Source of the DNA: Promethearchaeota archaeon
GTDB taxonomy: Archaea; Asgardarchaeota; Hermodarchaeia; Hermodarchaeales; Hermodarchaeaceae
NCBI GenBank assembly: GCA_048939625.1
Contig: JBHLPH010000003.1
Coordinates: 64,001 to 128,000, forward strand
Length of the DNA stretch: 64,000 nucleotides
Direction of reading: 5' to 3'
Position numbers and translations under genes: made by a program. Shown piece after piece: positions 28,713 to 38,214 of the stretch; positions within the stretch are counted from its first letter, which is position 1, and every line of letters begins with the position of its first letter. The notes below the pieces were generated by a model that saw only the letters and a program-made list of their open reading frames with translations, did not search any database and had not been told where the DNA came from.

Positions 28713-30002
28713 TCAAAGGAAATAGTAAATTCCTAAAAATTGGAGAATCGTCAAAATCGTAGCTGTTATAATAGGCACCGCAAGGTTGTCATCTAACCGT
28801 AAAGGGAGGAGCTCAATAACCGCTGCGATGATTACTGTTAGGAGCGCCGAGATTGGAGACACAATAAGGATGAGAACGAAAAATGCTGAAGTAAACCCGA
28901 TTAATGTGCCTTCAATTGTTTTCTTACGATTGAAAGGATAATGGTGTCTTCCTAAAAAGATCCCGCCTATAGTGGAGAAGGCATCACCTATCAGGAATGC
29001 AATTATGCTTGCTACTGCAATATGTGGGAGTTGAAGTAGAGTGCCGAAAATGAGAAGTGGAAGTGTGACTCCTGCAGCGAAATATAAAGGAGAGAGCACA
29101 TAACTATCAATCTCTTCTTCTCGACCCGCGGCGAGTACCATATTTGAAATTAAAGGTATCTTTATCCCAAAACTCCTGAGAACCTCGGAGAGGATAAACA
29201 ACAGTGTTAGACTCCCAATTAATATGTAGATTAAACTGTGCCATGAAACATCTAAAAACCAAAGAAGCGGGATAAATACCGCACTTGCATGGAGAAGTTG
29301 ACGAAGGAGTTCTTGCCCTAGCCGTCGGGGGACGTGGACTTGTAAAGAAGGAGAAGTTAAGTAAGGCAGCAGGGCACGTAAATCTGGTGTGTTTACAACA
29401 ACCCGAACATATTGGCGTGCAACTTGATCTGGGCGGAATCCAATGGCCAAGTTAACGTATTTGAAAAGTGGAACGTTGTTGCGATCATTCGCGACTGCTA
29501 CAGTTTCATAATCAGATAACTGGTGCCTATCAATCAAATCTTCGAGCGCATCGACTTTGGTTTTCCCTCGACAGTCTAAAGCGGCAATGTGACCTGTTAG
29601 TCGGTTTTCTTCGAGCTCAACTCGGATTCCGCTAGCAAAATGAGCTCCCAGAGTTTTACTTAGCCGCGCTACGGCGAAATCAGGAATGCCTGAACTCGTC
29701 AGTACAATGATATGGTGTTGTTGTCTGAGGATTTTGAAGGACTGCTCAACACCTCGATGTAAATACACCTGGTCAGTCATGCGGATGAGCCAATCTTTTG
29801 GGACTCCACGAAGTAATCGATAGGAATATCGCATGAAGGAGGCAACTTCCATGATTCGAGCCTCATAAAGAATTCCTAATACACCGAACACAAAGGCTTT
29901 GACTAGGCCGAGTCGTGCAATGATTTGAGATAGCCAGAAACCATTGACGATTGTTCCATCAACATCAAAGGCAATTATGCGACGAGAGTTCGACTTGGCC
30001 AT
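28713..30002 (-). CDS. Fusion of HAD (SerB-like) domain and dolichol/phytol kinase-like (CTP_transf) membrane domain
   Basis: AFDVDGT in the N-half; RQLLH, GDAFSTIGG, KKTIEG, DDNLAVP in the C-half. Confidence 0.8.
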   Translation of the reverse strand: MAKSNSRRIIAFDVDGTIVNGFWLSQIIARLGLVKAFVFGVLGILYEARIMEVASFMRYSYRLLRGVPKDWLIRMTDQVYLHRGVEQSFKILRQQHHIIVLTSSGIPDFAVARLSKTLGAHFASGIRVELEENRLTGHIAALDCRGKTKVDALEDLIDRHQLSDYETVAVANDRNNVPLFKYVNLAIGFRPDQVARQYVRVVVNTPDLRALLPYLTSPSLQVHVPRRLGQELLRQLLHASAVFIPLLWFLDVSWHSLIYILIGSLTLLFILSEVLRSFGIKIPLISNMVLAAGREEEIDSYVLSPLYFAAGVTLPLLIFGTLLQLPHIAVASIIAFLIGDAFSTIGGIFLGRHHYPFNRKKTIEGTLIGFTSAFFVLILIVSPISALLTVIIAAVIELLPLRLDDNLAVPIITATILTILQFLGIYYFL

Positions 30003-30134
30003 GAGTTATTCTACACTTCGTTTGTCCTTTTATCAATAGCTAAAATATAGCTGTAGGTAAGTAGTTTCCTAGGTTGACAACAAAGTTTTACCCACATCAA
30101 CTCTAAAATTGGGTTGAAATAAGTGAGGTGCTAG

Positions 30135-30632
30135 TTGATGCGACAATTTCTCTATGCGGACCCTACAGTGTGTGTTGGTTGTCGAATCTGTGAAGCCATC
30201 TGTAGTCTACATTATGAAAAGACAATAAACCCCAAGAAATCACGTATCCGAGTACGTCGAGTCAATCCTGGGCTAGATGTAGTTGTTGCTTGCCGAAATT
30301 GCGATCAGGCTTGGTGTATTGAAGCGTGTCCAGAGGAAGCTCTACGAAAAAATCGGAAAGGGATTGTGATTGTGGATTCGAAGAAATGCAAGGGATGTGG
30401 GGCATGTGTGGAGGCATGCCCTTTTGGAGCGATATTCTTGAACCCTGATACACAAAAAGCCATCAAATGCATTGCATGTGGATTCTGCACGAAATATTGC
30501 CCTGTTGAAACCCTTCGCATTCTGACAGAAGAGGAATTGGCAGCGTTGAAGCAGCAGAAGGTGATTCAACATGAATGTAGAGATCTCCTTGATGAGCTTA
30601 GAATAGAAGAAGCTGAGGGGGGTGAGAGCTGA
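30135..30632 (+). CDS. Polyferredoxin (4x[4Fe-4S]) small subunit of AOR-family enzyme
   Basis: Four Cys clusters (DmsB/HydN type); stop overlaps the AOR start. Confidence 0.9.
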   Translation: MMRQFLYADPTVCVGCRICEAICSLHYEKTINPKKSRIRVRRVNPGLDVVVACRNCDQAWCIEACPEEALRKNRKGIVIVDSKKCKGCGACVEACPFGAIFLNPDTQKAIKCIACGFCTKYCPVETLRILTEEELAALKQQKVIQHECRDLLDELRIEEAEGGES

Positions 30633-32554
30633 TGGGGAAGAAAGCGAAGCTTGGTGGATATTCAGGGCAGCAGTTACATGTGGATATGACAAAAGAAACA
30701 TGTAAGCCGGTCCCAATTGACAAAGATTTAGCTCTCATGTATCTTGGCGGACAAGGCTTTGCCTCACGAATTATGTATGATCACGTTGGACCAACAACTG
30801 ACCCACTGAGTCCTGATAATATCCTCATTTGGGCAACAGGTCCCTTCACGGGGACATTATGGCCTCAAGCAGCCCGTTATGTTGTAGCAGCTAAATCGCC
30901 TTTGACAGGCATCTTTGGTGAAGCCCATTCAGCGGGGCATTGGGGACCCGAACTCAAATTCGCAGGGTTTGACACAATCATCGTAACTGGACGGGCAAAA
31001 AAACCGCTTTACTTAATTGTTGATAATGGTTCAGCCAGATTAGTCGATGCTCAGGATCTATGGGGGAGGAATACATCCGAGACTGAAGACATGATTAAAG
31101 AAGCGCAAGGTGATCCAAACTTTCGCGTCTCTTGCATCGGGCAAGCAGGAGAAAATCTTGTCAGATTTGCCGCAATAATCAATGACTATGATCGAGCCGC
31201 CGCTCGCTCTGGTATTGGTGCTGTGGCAGGAAGTAAACGGCTCAAAGCAGTTGCAGTCCGAGGGGGACAAGATATTCCTATTGCGAAGCCTGATCGCTAC
31301 CTTGATGTAATTGATGAATTGCATCGAAAAATGCTGGCAAGCCCCTTCACGGCTAGTCGGGCTATGTATGGGACAACTAACTTAGTTGAACTCATGCAAG
31401 AAATCGGTCGGCTTCCTAGCTACAATATGCGTTCTGGCGTGTTTGCTGAATATCAGAAAATCAGTGGTGAAACAATTCGAAAGAAGTACCTTGTAAAACC
31501 ACGCGCAGATTTTGCATGTTTACAACGTTGTGGGCGATACACACGGGTCAAAACGGGTCCCTATGCTTATTGTGGAGGATCTCCTGAATATGAAACTCAG
31601 GCAGCTATGGGGAGTCGATGTGGAAATGATAATCTTGAATCCATTCTCTATGGACACCATTTAAGCAACCTATATGGGATGGATACGATCTCAACCGGCG
31701 CGACTATTAGTTGGGCGATGGAAGCCTGGGAAGAGGGACTTATTACTGCTGAAGATACAGGCGGCATTGATTTGAGTTGGGGGAACCATGAATCGATTAT
31801 CAAACTAATCCACATGATCGCGAAACGTGAGGGATTTGGTGACATTTTAGCCGAAGGGAGTTTCCGTGCTGCACAACGCATTGGAAGAGGTACTGAGAAA
31901 TTCGTAATGCATTGCAAGAAACAAGAAATCGCTGGACAAGAACCCCGTGCACAAAAATCAATGGGATTAGCAGCGGCCACAGCAGCGCGTGGTGCGGATC
32001 ATCTCTATGCATTTCCTGTTCTTGATGAGGTCGGATTTGATGAAGAAATCGGAATACGATATGGCACAGAATACCTTCCGGAAATTGGCGACCGCCTTGA
32101 TCCGAAATATAAGGGCATCATGGTGAAAGAAAATGAAGACTTTTGTGCTGTCGTTGAATCACTGGGTGTCTGTAAATATGGAACCCTAATTCCTCCTGTC
32201 CTCTTTTACGAAGATGTTGTAAAAGCCTTTGATGTGACGGTGGGTGTCGCGATAACAGAGAAACAATTACGAGCAATAGGAGAAAGGATCGTCAACCTGA
32301 ATCGTTGTTTCAATGTGCGTGAAGGTATTCGCCGAAAGGACGACTCATTACCAGCCCGGCTAACTGATACTCCTGCTCCAGAAGGTCCATCAAAAGGGCA
32401 GATAGTCGAATTAGAACAGATGCTCGATGAATACTACGAATTACGTGGATGGCGACTGAAAGACGGGCTTCCCACTAAGCATGTATTACAGCGTTTAGGG
32501 CTTGAAGACTTAATCACTGATCTCGAAAAATATGGTATAATTTTACCTGAATAA
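30632..32554 (+). CDS. Aldehyde:ferredoxin oxidoreductase (W-pterin, WOR) family enzyme, copy 1
   Basis: KSPLTG, LKFAGFD, AARSGIGAV.GSKRLKA, GMDTISTG, RGADHL, MLDEYYELRGW. Confidence 0.93.
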   Translation: MGKKAKLGGYSGQQLHVDMTKETCKPVPIDKDLALMYLGGQGFASRIMYDHVGPTTDPLSPDNILIWATGPFTGTLWPQAARYVVAAKSPLTGIFGEAHSAGHWGPELKFAGFDTIIVTGRAKKPLYLIVDNGSARLVDAQDLWGRNTSETEDMIKEAQGDPNFRVSCIGQAGENLVRFAAIINDYDRAAARSGIGAVAGSKRLKAVAVRGGQDIPIAKPDRYLDVIDELHRKMLASPFTASRAMYGTTNLVELMQEIGRLPSYNMRSGVFAEYQKISGETIRKKYLVKPRADFACLQRCGRYTRVKTGPYAYCGGSPEYETQAAMGSRCGNDNLESILYGHHLSNLYGMDTISTGATISWAMEAWEEGLITAEDTGGIDLSWGNHESIIKLIHMIAKREGFGDILAEGSFRAAQRIGRGTEKFVMHCKKQEIAGQEPRAQKSMGLAAATAARGADHLYAFPVLDEVGFDEEIGIRYGTEYLPEIGDRLDPKYKGIMVKENEDFCAVVESLGVCKYGTLIPPVLFYEDVVKAFDVTVGVAITEKQLRAIGERIVNLNRCFNVREGIRRKDDSLPARLTDTPAPEGPSKGQIVELEQMLDEYYELRGWRLKDGLPTKHVLQRLGLEDLITDLEKYGIILPE

Positions 32555-32646
32555 AACGACGCAAAACCGACGCGGAAGCAAGGTTTAAATTAAAACCTCA
32601 TGAGATTGAATTATCCGCGGGGCGTTCTCGGGGCAACCCCTATCAC

Positions 32647-33357
32647 TTGAATGGGTCGAAAATAAAGGATTTTGATAAAATGAAAGTACTCGTTACAGGA
32701 CCGCATTTATCAGGAAAAAGCTACCTCATTAAACAACTCGCTGAAGGGAACGTAATCAACATTCAGGCAAACGGTACAACAGTTGGCCTTGACCATGGTG
32801 TCGCTGAGGTATTTGGAGTTCCTGTTCGTTTGTTTGGTACACCGGGATTAGCCCGGTTCAAAGTTTTACGTAGAATCATTTCCGAAGGTGCTGATGGCAT
32901 TATCTTTGTGGTGGATGCAAGTAAACCGGATGGTGATGCTGAAGCCCGTTATATTTGGACAGAAATTAGCGATCTGCTTCCAAACGTTCCCTGTATTGTC
33001 GCTGCAAATAAACAGGATTTAAGGGCTTCCAGAACACCCGATAGAATCCGTAAGGATTTTAGTTTCATGGTCGGTGTTCCTGTAATTCCTATTAGTAATA
33101 AAACTGAATACAACTTGGACAAACTGCTTCCAGCTATGGTGATGCTTATTGTTTATGAATGGAGCCCGATTCTCCGAGCCTTTGGAGCCACAGGAAAAAC
33201 AGGTTTCGTGAATCTTGCAAAGAATCTTCATGTCAGTGAAAGCCAAGTCCGGAATTATTTGCGTTGGTTTGAACTTCGAAAATTAGTCATTGTGGACTGG
33301 GATAAAGAAACAGCACATGTGGCACCAGGCGTAGTTAAAATCCTTGCCCAACGATAA
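32647..33357 (+). CDS. Small Arf/MglA-like GTPase with C-terminal winged helix (probable start ATG 32680)
   Basis: GPHLSGKS, TTVGLD, FGTPG, NKQD; HTH-like LAKNLHVSESQVRNYL. Confidence 0.8.
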   Translation: MNGSKIKDFDKMKVLVTGPHLSGKSYLIKQLAEGNVINIQANGTTVGLDHGVAEVFGVPVRLFGTPGLARFKVLRRIISEGADGIIFVVDASKPDGDAEARYIWTEISDLLPNVPCIVAANKQDLRASRTPDRIRKDFSFMVGVPVIPISNKTEYNLDKLLPAMVMLIVYEWSPILRAFGATGKTGFVNLAKNLHVSESQVRNYLRWFELRKLVIVDWDKETAHVAPGVVKILAQR

Positions 33358-33402
33358 CAAAGTTAAAAGCTTGAACTGTATGCTTGAATCCAGGGAATTA
33401 GA

Positions 33403-34176
33403 ATGACAAAAACCGGTCCGGTTTGGAAAAGCATCCTCAAAATCATCGAAGACGAAAAGGTTGCCCATTTAACACTAATCGATCCTGACCCTATGAAACA
33501 ATCCGCTGAAAAAGCAGGTGAGATAGCTAATCTCGCCGAGAAGGCAGGAAGTAATGGCATCATGGTTGGCGGCTCAACTGCTTTTGGCATTATTGATGAG
33601 ACAGTGGAAGAGATTAAGAAACACGTTAATATTCCTGTAATTTTATTCCCTGGGAATGTTTCAGGGCTTTCACATTCGGCGGATGCTGTTTTCTTCATGA
33701 GTCTTCTGAATGCTCGAACCACCTACTGGATGATAGATGCTCAAACTCTCGGGGCGCGTCACATCAAAGGCTATAATATTGAACCCATCTCGATGGCCTA
33801 CCTTATTGTCCAACCCGGAGGCACCGCAGGATTTGTGGGCGACGCACGACTGCTCCCTCGGGATAAACCAGAAATCGCACTCGGCTACTCATTAGCCGCG
33901 CAGTACATGGGATTCAAATTCATCTATCTTGAAGCCGGTTCTGGTGCTGAAAATGCGGTTCCCCTTAACATGATTAAATTAGTTTCGAAAACTATTGATG
34001 TTCCCCTAGCTGTTGGTGGAGGAATCTACACCCCCGAGCAGGCAGCCAAAGCCTCTGCGGCAGGTGCAGATATCATCGTGCAAGGAACTATTATAGAACG
34101 CACAATTCTGAAAGATAGGGGCAAGGAGTTATCAGCTACAGTGCAGGCTATGCGCCAGGCCAAGAAAAGTAGCTAA
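33403..34176 (+). CDS. Geranylgeranylglyceryl phosphate synthase
   Basis: LIDPD, MVGGS, ILFPG, YLEAGSGA, VGGGI. Confidence 0.95.
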   Translation: MTKTGPVWKSILKIIEDEKVAHLTLIDPDPMKQSAEKAGEIANLAEKAGSNGIMVGGSTAFGIIDETVEEIKKHVNIPVILFPGNVSGLSHSADAVFFMSLLNARTTYWMIDAQTLGARHIKGYNIEPISMAYLIVQPGGTAGFVGDARLLPRDKPEIALGYSLAAQYMGFKFIYLEAGSGAENAVPLNMIKLVSKTIDVPLAVGGGIYTPEQAAKASAAGADIIVQGTIIERTILKDRGKELSATVQAMRQAKKSS

Positions 34177-34492
34177 GAGTCGAATAATACCCCAATAAAC
34201 TGCTGGCTCCACCACCTATCGGAGGAAATATCGCTACAACATCTCCATCAGTTAAAGGTGTTTGTAGTCCTTTTTGGAGTCTGATGTGTCGTCCATTAAC
34301 GAGAACATGGAAATAAGATTTGAGTGAGCCATCAGGTTCTAAGACCATTTTTTTGAATTTTTCTCCGAATCTTTCACTGAGAATGTCAATGACTTCTTGG
34401 ACAATTTCTGCTTTGAGTTGGGTTTCTCGGACTCCAGTTAGGGCACGGAGACTAGTGAACATGCGAACTGTGACCTGTGGCTTTTTGGTCAT
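34148..34492 (-). CDS. MoaD/ThiS/SAMP ubiquitin-like protein with C-terminal extension
   Basis: VLVNGRHI...LTDGDVVAIFPPIGGG followed by 19 further residues. Confidence 0.85.
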   Translation of the reverse strand: MTKKPQVTVRMFTSLRALTGVRETQLKAEIVQEVIDILSERFGEKFKKMVLEPDGSLKSYFHVLVNGRHIRLQKGLQTPLTDGDVVAIFPPIGGGASSLLGYYSTLSYFSWPGA

Positions 34493-34507
34493 AGGTTTGT
34501 TCTCACC

Positions 34508-35695
34508 TCATCCACTGGTTTGGAAGGAGAGGGCGCGGTGGGGGCAGATGCTCACACAGACACCGCAGCCATAACAGAGTTCGGAATCCACTTGGGCTTT
34601 TTTGGTTTTTGGGTTGACGGCTATTGCAGAATATGTACAGGATTTATTGCAGAGTCCACAGCCTGAACAGGCTTCTTCATCCACAGTTGGAGGAAGACTT
34701 TCGATTCGGAGTGTTTCTTTGGGAAGATGTTTAAGAGCAACACCACGAACGTCAAGGGGGGAGTCGTGCCCATGGTTTTGGAGGAATTCAGCAATTTCGG
34801 TAGCGATGCGTCCATATACGGAGTGACCTTCCAAGATAGCTGCCGTACACACTTGGACTGCTGTGGCTCCACACATGAAGAACTCGATGGCATCGGCACC
34901 AGTGCTTACTCCACCAACGCCGATGACTGGTTTGGATGTTCCACGGGCAATATCTGCAACACAGCGGACCGCGAGTGGTTTGATAGCAGGTCCCGAAAGC
35001 CAACCAACGCCTCCCGGACCACCAAGCAGGGGACGCCTTGTTTCGATATCAATGTGCAAACAGGGTCCTAGAGTGTTAATTGCAACAAATCCATCAACAT
35101 ATTTCTCGACTGCCTTTGTGAAAATTGTCAGGTCTTTGACATGGGGACTCATTTTTGCAAAGACTGGGATTTCGACGGCTTCCTTAATCGTTTTAGCGAC
35201 TTGGTTGAACACTTTGGGATCTGTTTCAATGTAATGGGTGCTGAATTCTATACCGTCGACACCCGCTTTTTCAACAAGAGGAGCAAGTTTCTGCAATTCG
35301 TCAGGAGTATAGCCTACAGAGGCAATCAGAGAAAGCCCTGCTTCCTTTGCTCGAGGGTACTCATGCTTAAGCCATTTTTTAAATGGTTTATCGCTCCAAA
35401 GTTCATGGTTCAATAAACCGTACGCACCGCGTACTCGTATTCGTTCAAAATGAACCACTTGGTTTTGCATGGCTGTAGCAAGAAGCCATTGGCTATGACC
35501 ACGGTCAAGCGTTTGCATATTAGGTCGGGGAACTTCGGCAGGTTTGATACTGATTGTTTTTGCAACTAAGCCACCTACTCCACCTCTAGCCGCCTGGAGT
35601 AGCGTCTCCCCATCCCGGCTAGTTGGTCCTGCCGCAGTTAACACGGGGTTTCGAAGCGGAATACCGGCAATATCAACATTCAAATTTACAGTCAT
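34508..35695 (-). CDS. Dihydropyrimidine/dihydroorotate dehydrogenase-like (PreA-type) FMN enzyme with C-terminal 2x[4Fe-4S]
   Basis: NPVLTAAGP, VAKT, FAKMSP, AINT, WLSGPAIKP, GVGGV, AVQVCT; two CxxCxxCxxxC motifs. Confidence 0.85.
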   Translation of the reverse strand: MTVNLNVDIAGIPLRNPVLTAAGPTSRDGETLLQAARGGVGGLVAKTISIKPAEVPRPNMQTLDRGHSQWLLATAMQNQVVHFERIRVRGAYGLLNHELWSDKPFKKWLKHEYPRAKEAGLSLIASVGYTPDELQKLAPLVEKAGVDGIEFSTHYIETDPKVFNQVAKTIKEAVEIPVFAKMSPHVKDLTIFTKAVEKYVDGFVAINTLGPCLHIDIETRRPLLGGPGGVGWLSGPAIKPLAVRCVADIARGTSKPVIGVGGVSTGADAIEFFMCGATAVQVCTAAILEGHSVYGRIATEIAEFLQNHGHDSPLDVRGVALKHLPKETLRIESLPPTVDEEACSGCGLCNKSCTYSAIAVNPKTKKAQVDSELCYGCGVCVSICPHRALSFQTSG

Positions 35696-37632
35696 TAATC
35701 TTCCACCAATTTACCCATTTTTGCTAAATCGTCTGCAACATCGCTCAATCCCAATCGGACGAGTTCTGATCGCTTTGGAAGTCCATCTTTTGACCAATTT
35801 CGCACCTCATAATACTCGTCAAGCATTGGTTCTAGGTTACACACTTGTCCCTTTGCAGGACCTTCGGGAATGGGTTCTTCAGTGAAGCGTGGGTGTAGTT
35901 GTTCGTTTTCACGGGTTACTCCTTCTCGGACGTTGAAACAACGTCGAAGATTACTTATGCGTTCAGCAATTATGCGGAGTTGATTTACGTCCCCAAATTC
36001 CTTGATTCCTGTAAGAGGTGCAAGCATCTCAGCAATAAGATCAAAGTAATAGATAGGAGGCCACATGCTACCATATTTGCAAAGAATGACACTGTCAATT
36101 ATCACATACAAATCTTCTTGGTCTTTGATAAGATGCCCTTTGTATGTCGTGCTGTGTAAATCCATTACGTCAGCAGCATGATCTTCACCGAACCGTTCAA
36201 TAGCCACGTCAGGAAAACCGAGTTCCTCATAACAACTAAGACTACGTAAGTGATCTGCACCGCGAACGTTAGTAGCATAAGTTAGTCCTACACTTTGCTG
36301 TGGTCGGGGATCTTGACCTGAGGCTTCGAGCCCTTTCACATGAATGGCAAACCGCTCTGCCCCTTTCCCGATTTTCTGAGCTGCCCGCATGGACCCCTCA
36401 GCAAGCATGTTTCCAATCCCTTCACGGTGTGCGATTTTTTCGATAAGTGCTATTATCGTTTTGTCGTTTCCCCACGACAAGTCAAGTCCATCGGCTTCTT
36501 TTGAGGAAATTAACCCGTTTTCAGCTGCTTCCATAAGAAAGGCAATGGTACACCCTGTGCTGATGGTGTCTAGCCCATAACGGTTGCAGAGCTGATTCGC
36601 ATAAAGAATGGACTCAATATTACTATTCAGGCAGTTGCTGCCAAAGGCCATGAGGGTTTCGTATTCGGGTCCCCCGGTTTTAACTTTGTAGGGACCTGAT
36701 TTGACCTGAGACGTAAACTTACATTGTAAGGCGCATCCAAAGCAGGCTTCTCTGCTTGTACGGTAATGCTTCCGAATAGTTTCGGGACCAATGGCGTCAG
36801 CGTCTGGGTAAACACCAGTGGTATGGTTCTTTGTGGGAAGTCGTCCAATTTCCCCGATAGCGGTAACTAGATTTGTGGTTCCGTATTTTCCTAGGGATTC
36901 TTCGTTCATTTCTCCCCATTTTCCCGTTGTTGTCTGTTCGAAGGCTTTGCGGGAAGCTGCAAGGAATTTTCCATGCTGTGCAATTTGGACTCCACCCAAC
37001 CCGCGGGCAGCAATCGCTTTGAGATGTTTACTTCCCATTACAGCACCCCCGCCCGCGCGTCCAGCTGCCCGATAATACGAACCAATAATTGCAGCGTACT
37101 TAACCAGGTTTTCTCCAGCTATACCAATGGATGCGACTTCAATATCATTGTCGCCATGCTCTTTTTTGATGAGATCGGTAGTTTCGGTTGTGTCACGAGT
37201 CCAAAGATGCGAAGCATCCAGAATCTTCACATCTTTATTCTGAACCATAAGGTAGACGGGATTGGGTGCTTTGCCATGAATAAGTAGCATATCAAACCCC
37301 GCATATTTCAGTTGAGGTCCCCAATGTCCTCCACAATGTGCTTCGCCCCATACACCAGTTAGGGGTGATTTGAACGCTACCATGAAACGCCCAGAAGGCG
37401 AGAAGAATGCTCCTGTAACGGGACCAACACCAAATATCAGAGGGTTCTTCGGATCAAGAGGATCGGTTCCAGGTTTAACTCGTTCCCACAGGATTCGTGA
37501 AGCAAAGCCCGTTCCCCCGAGATAACCTTTCGCAAAATCACGATCCAAAGGCAGTATTTCAACCTTAGAATTTGTCAAATCAATATCCGCGATTCGACCA
37601 GCGTATCCATAATAAACGTCTTCCTTACTCAT
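35695..37632 (-). CDS. Aldehyde:ferredoxin oxidoreductase (WOR) family enzyme, copy 2
   Basis: KSPLTG, AAGRAGGGAVMGSK, ACFGCALQC, GLDTISTG, RGADHL. Confidence 0.93.
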   Translation of the reverse strand: MSKEDVYYGYAGRIADIDLTNSKVEILPLDRDFAKGYLGGTGFASRILWERVKPGTDPLDPKNPLIFGVGPVTGAFFSPSGRFMVAFKSPLTGVWGEAHCGGHWGPQLKYAGFDMLLIHGKAPNPVYLMVQNKDVKILDASHLWTRDTTETTDLIKKEHGDNDIEVASIGIAGENLVKYAAIIGSYYRAAGRAGGGAVMGSKHLKAIAARGLGGVQIAQHGKFLAASRKAFEQTTTGKWGEMNEESLGKYGTTNLVTAIGEIGRLPTKNHTTGVYPDADAIGPETIRKHYRTSREACFGCALQCKFTSQVKSGPYKVKTGGPEYETLMAFGSNCLNSNIESILYANQLCNRYGLDTISTGCTIAFLMEAAENGLISSKEADGLDLSWGNDKTIIALIEKIAHREGIGNMLAEGSMRAAQKIGKGAERFAIHVKGLEASGQDPRPQQSVGLTYATNVRGADHLRSLSCYEELGFPDVAIERFGEDHAADVMDLHSTTYKGHLIKDQEDLYVIIDSVILCKYGSMWPPIYYFDLIAEMLAPLTGIKEFGDVNQLRIIAERISNLRRCFNVREGVTRENEQLHPRFTEEPIPEGPAKGQVCNLEPMLDEYYEVRNWSKDGLPKRSELVRLGLSDVADDLAKMGKLVED

Positions 37633-38135
37633 TTCTTGGAACCTCCGGTGATGATGTGAAGATAATCGGCTGCTCTTTTCACGCCTTTCTCCCTAAGTCG
37701 GGCCGTTAATCCACTTGGTTCAAGATACAATATCGCTCCACGAGGACAAAATTGAGCGCACATCGCATACCCCTCACATAAATCGCATTTCACGGTACGA
37801 CCATCCGTTGTATCAATATGGATACCCCCAAATGGACAGGCAATAAGACATTGATGACAACCAATACAATTCTCCTGATTGATACAAACGGCATTCGTCT
37901 GGGGATTACGATAAATCGCATCTGCAGGGCAACTTTCCATACAGAGAGGAACCTCACAATGTTGGCAGATTACTGGGATGTTTACTCCACTTTTTTCATC
38001 ACGTATAATAGTGAGGAGCGCACGGGAAGGGTTGTATTCCTTGTTATGTCGGAAGGAGCAGACGAGCGTGCATATGCCACAGCCCGTGCATTTCTCTGGG
38101 TCGACAACTAGAACCTTATGCGATAACTTGTTCAT
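37629..38135 (-). CDS. Polyferredoxin (4x[4Fe-4S]) small subunit, copy 2
   Basis: Four Cys clusters; overlaps the AOR copy 2 start. Confidence 0.9.
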   Translation of the reverse strand: MNKLSHKVLVVDPEKCTGCGICTLVCSFRHNKEYNPSRALLTIIRDEKSGVNIPVICQHCEVPLCMESCPADAIYRNPQTNAVCINQENCIGCHQCLIACPFGGIHIDTTDGRTVKCDLCEGYAMCAQFCPRGAILYLEPSGLTARLREKGVKRAADYLHIITGGSKK

Positions 38136-38214
38136 AGAAATTCACGCCTTGAAAAATGGGACATAGAAGCCTTAAAGGGTTACTCGATTACCATTATTCA
38201 CCCATTCGGTTTGT

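Noticed and set aside
32610-32660. GC-rich hairpin GGGGCAACCCC as a Moco/Wco riboswitch
   Set aside because: Only one short GNRA hairpin, downstream of the AOR gene, and no other riboswitch elements were recognised.
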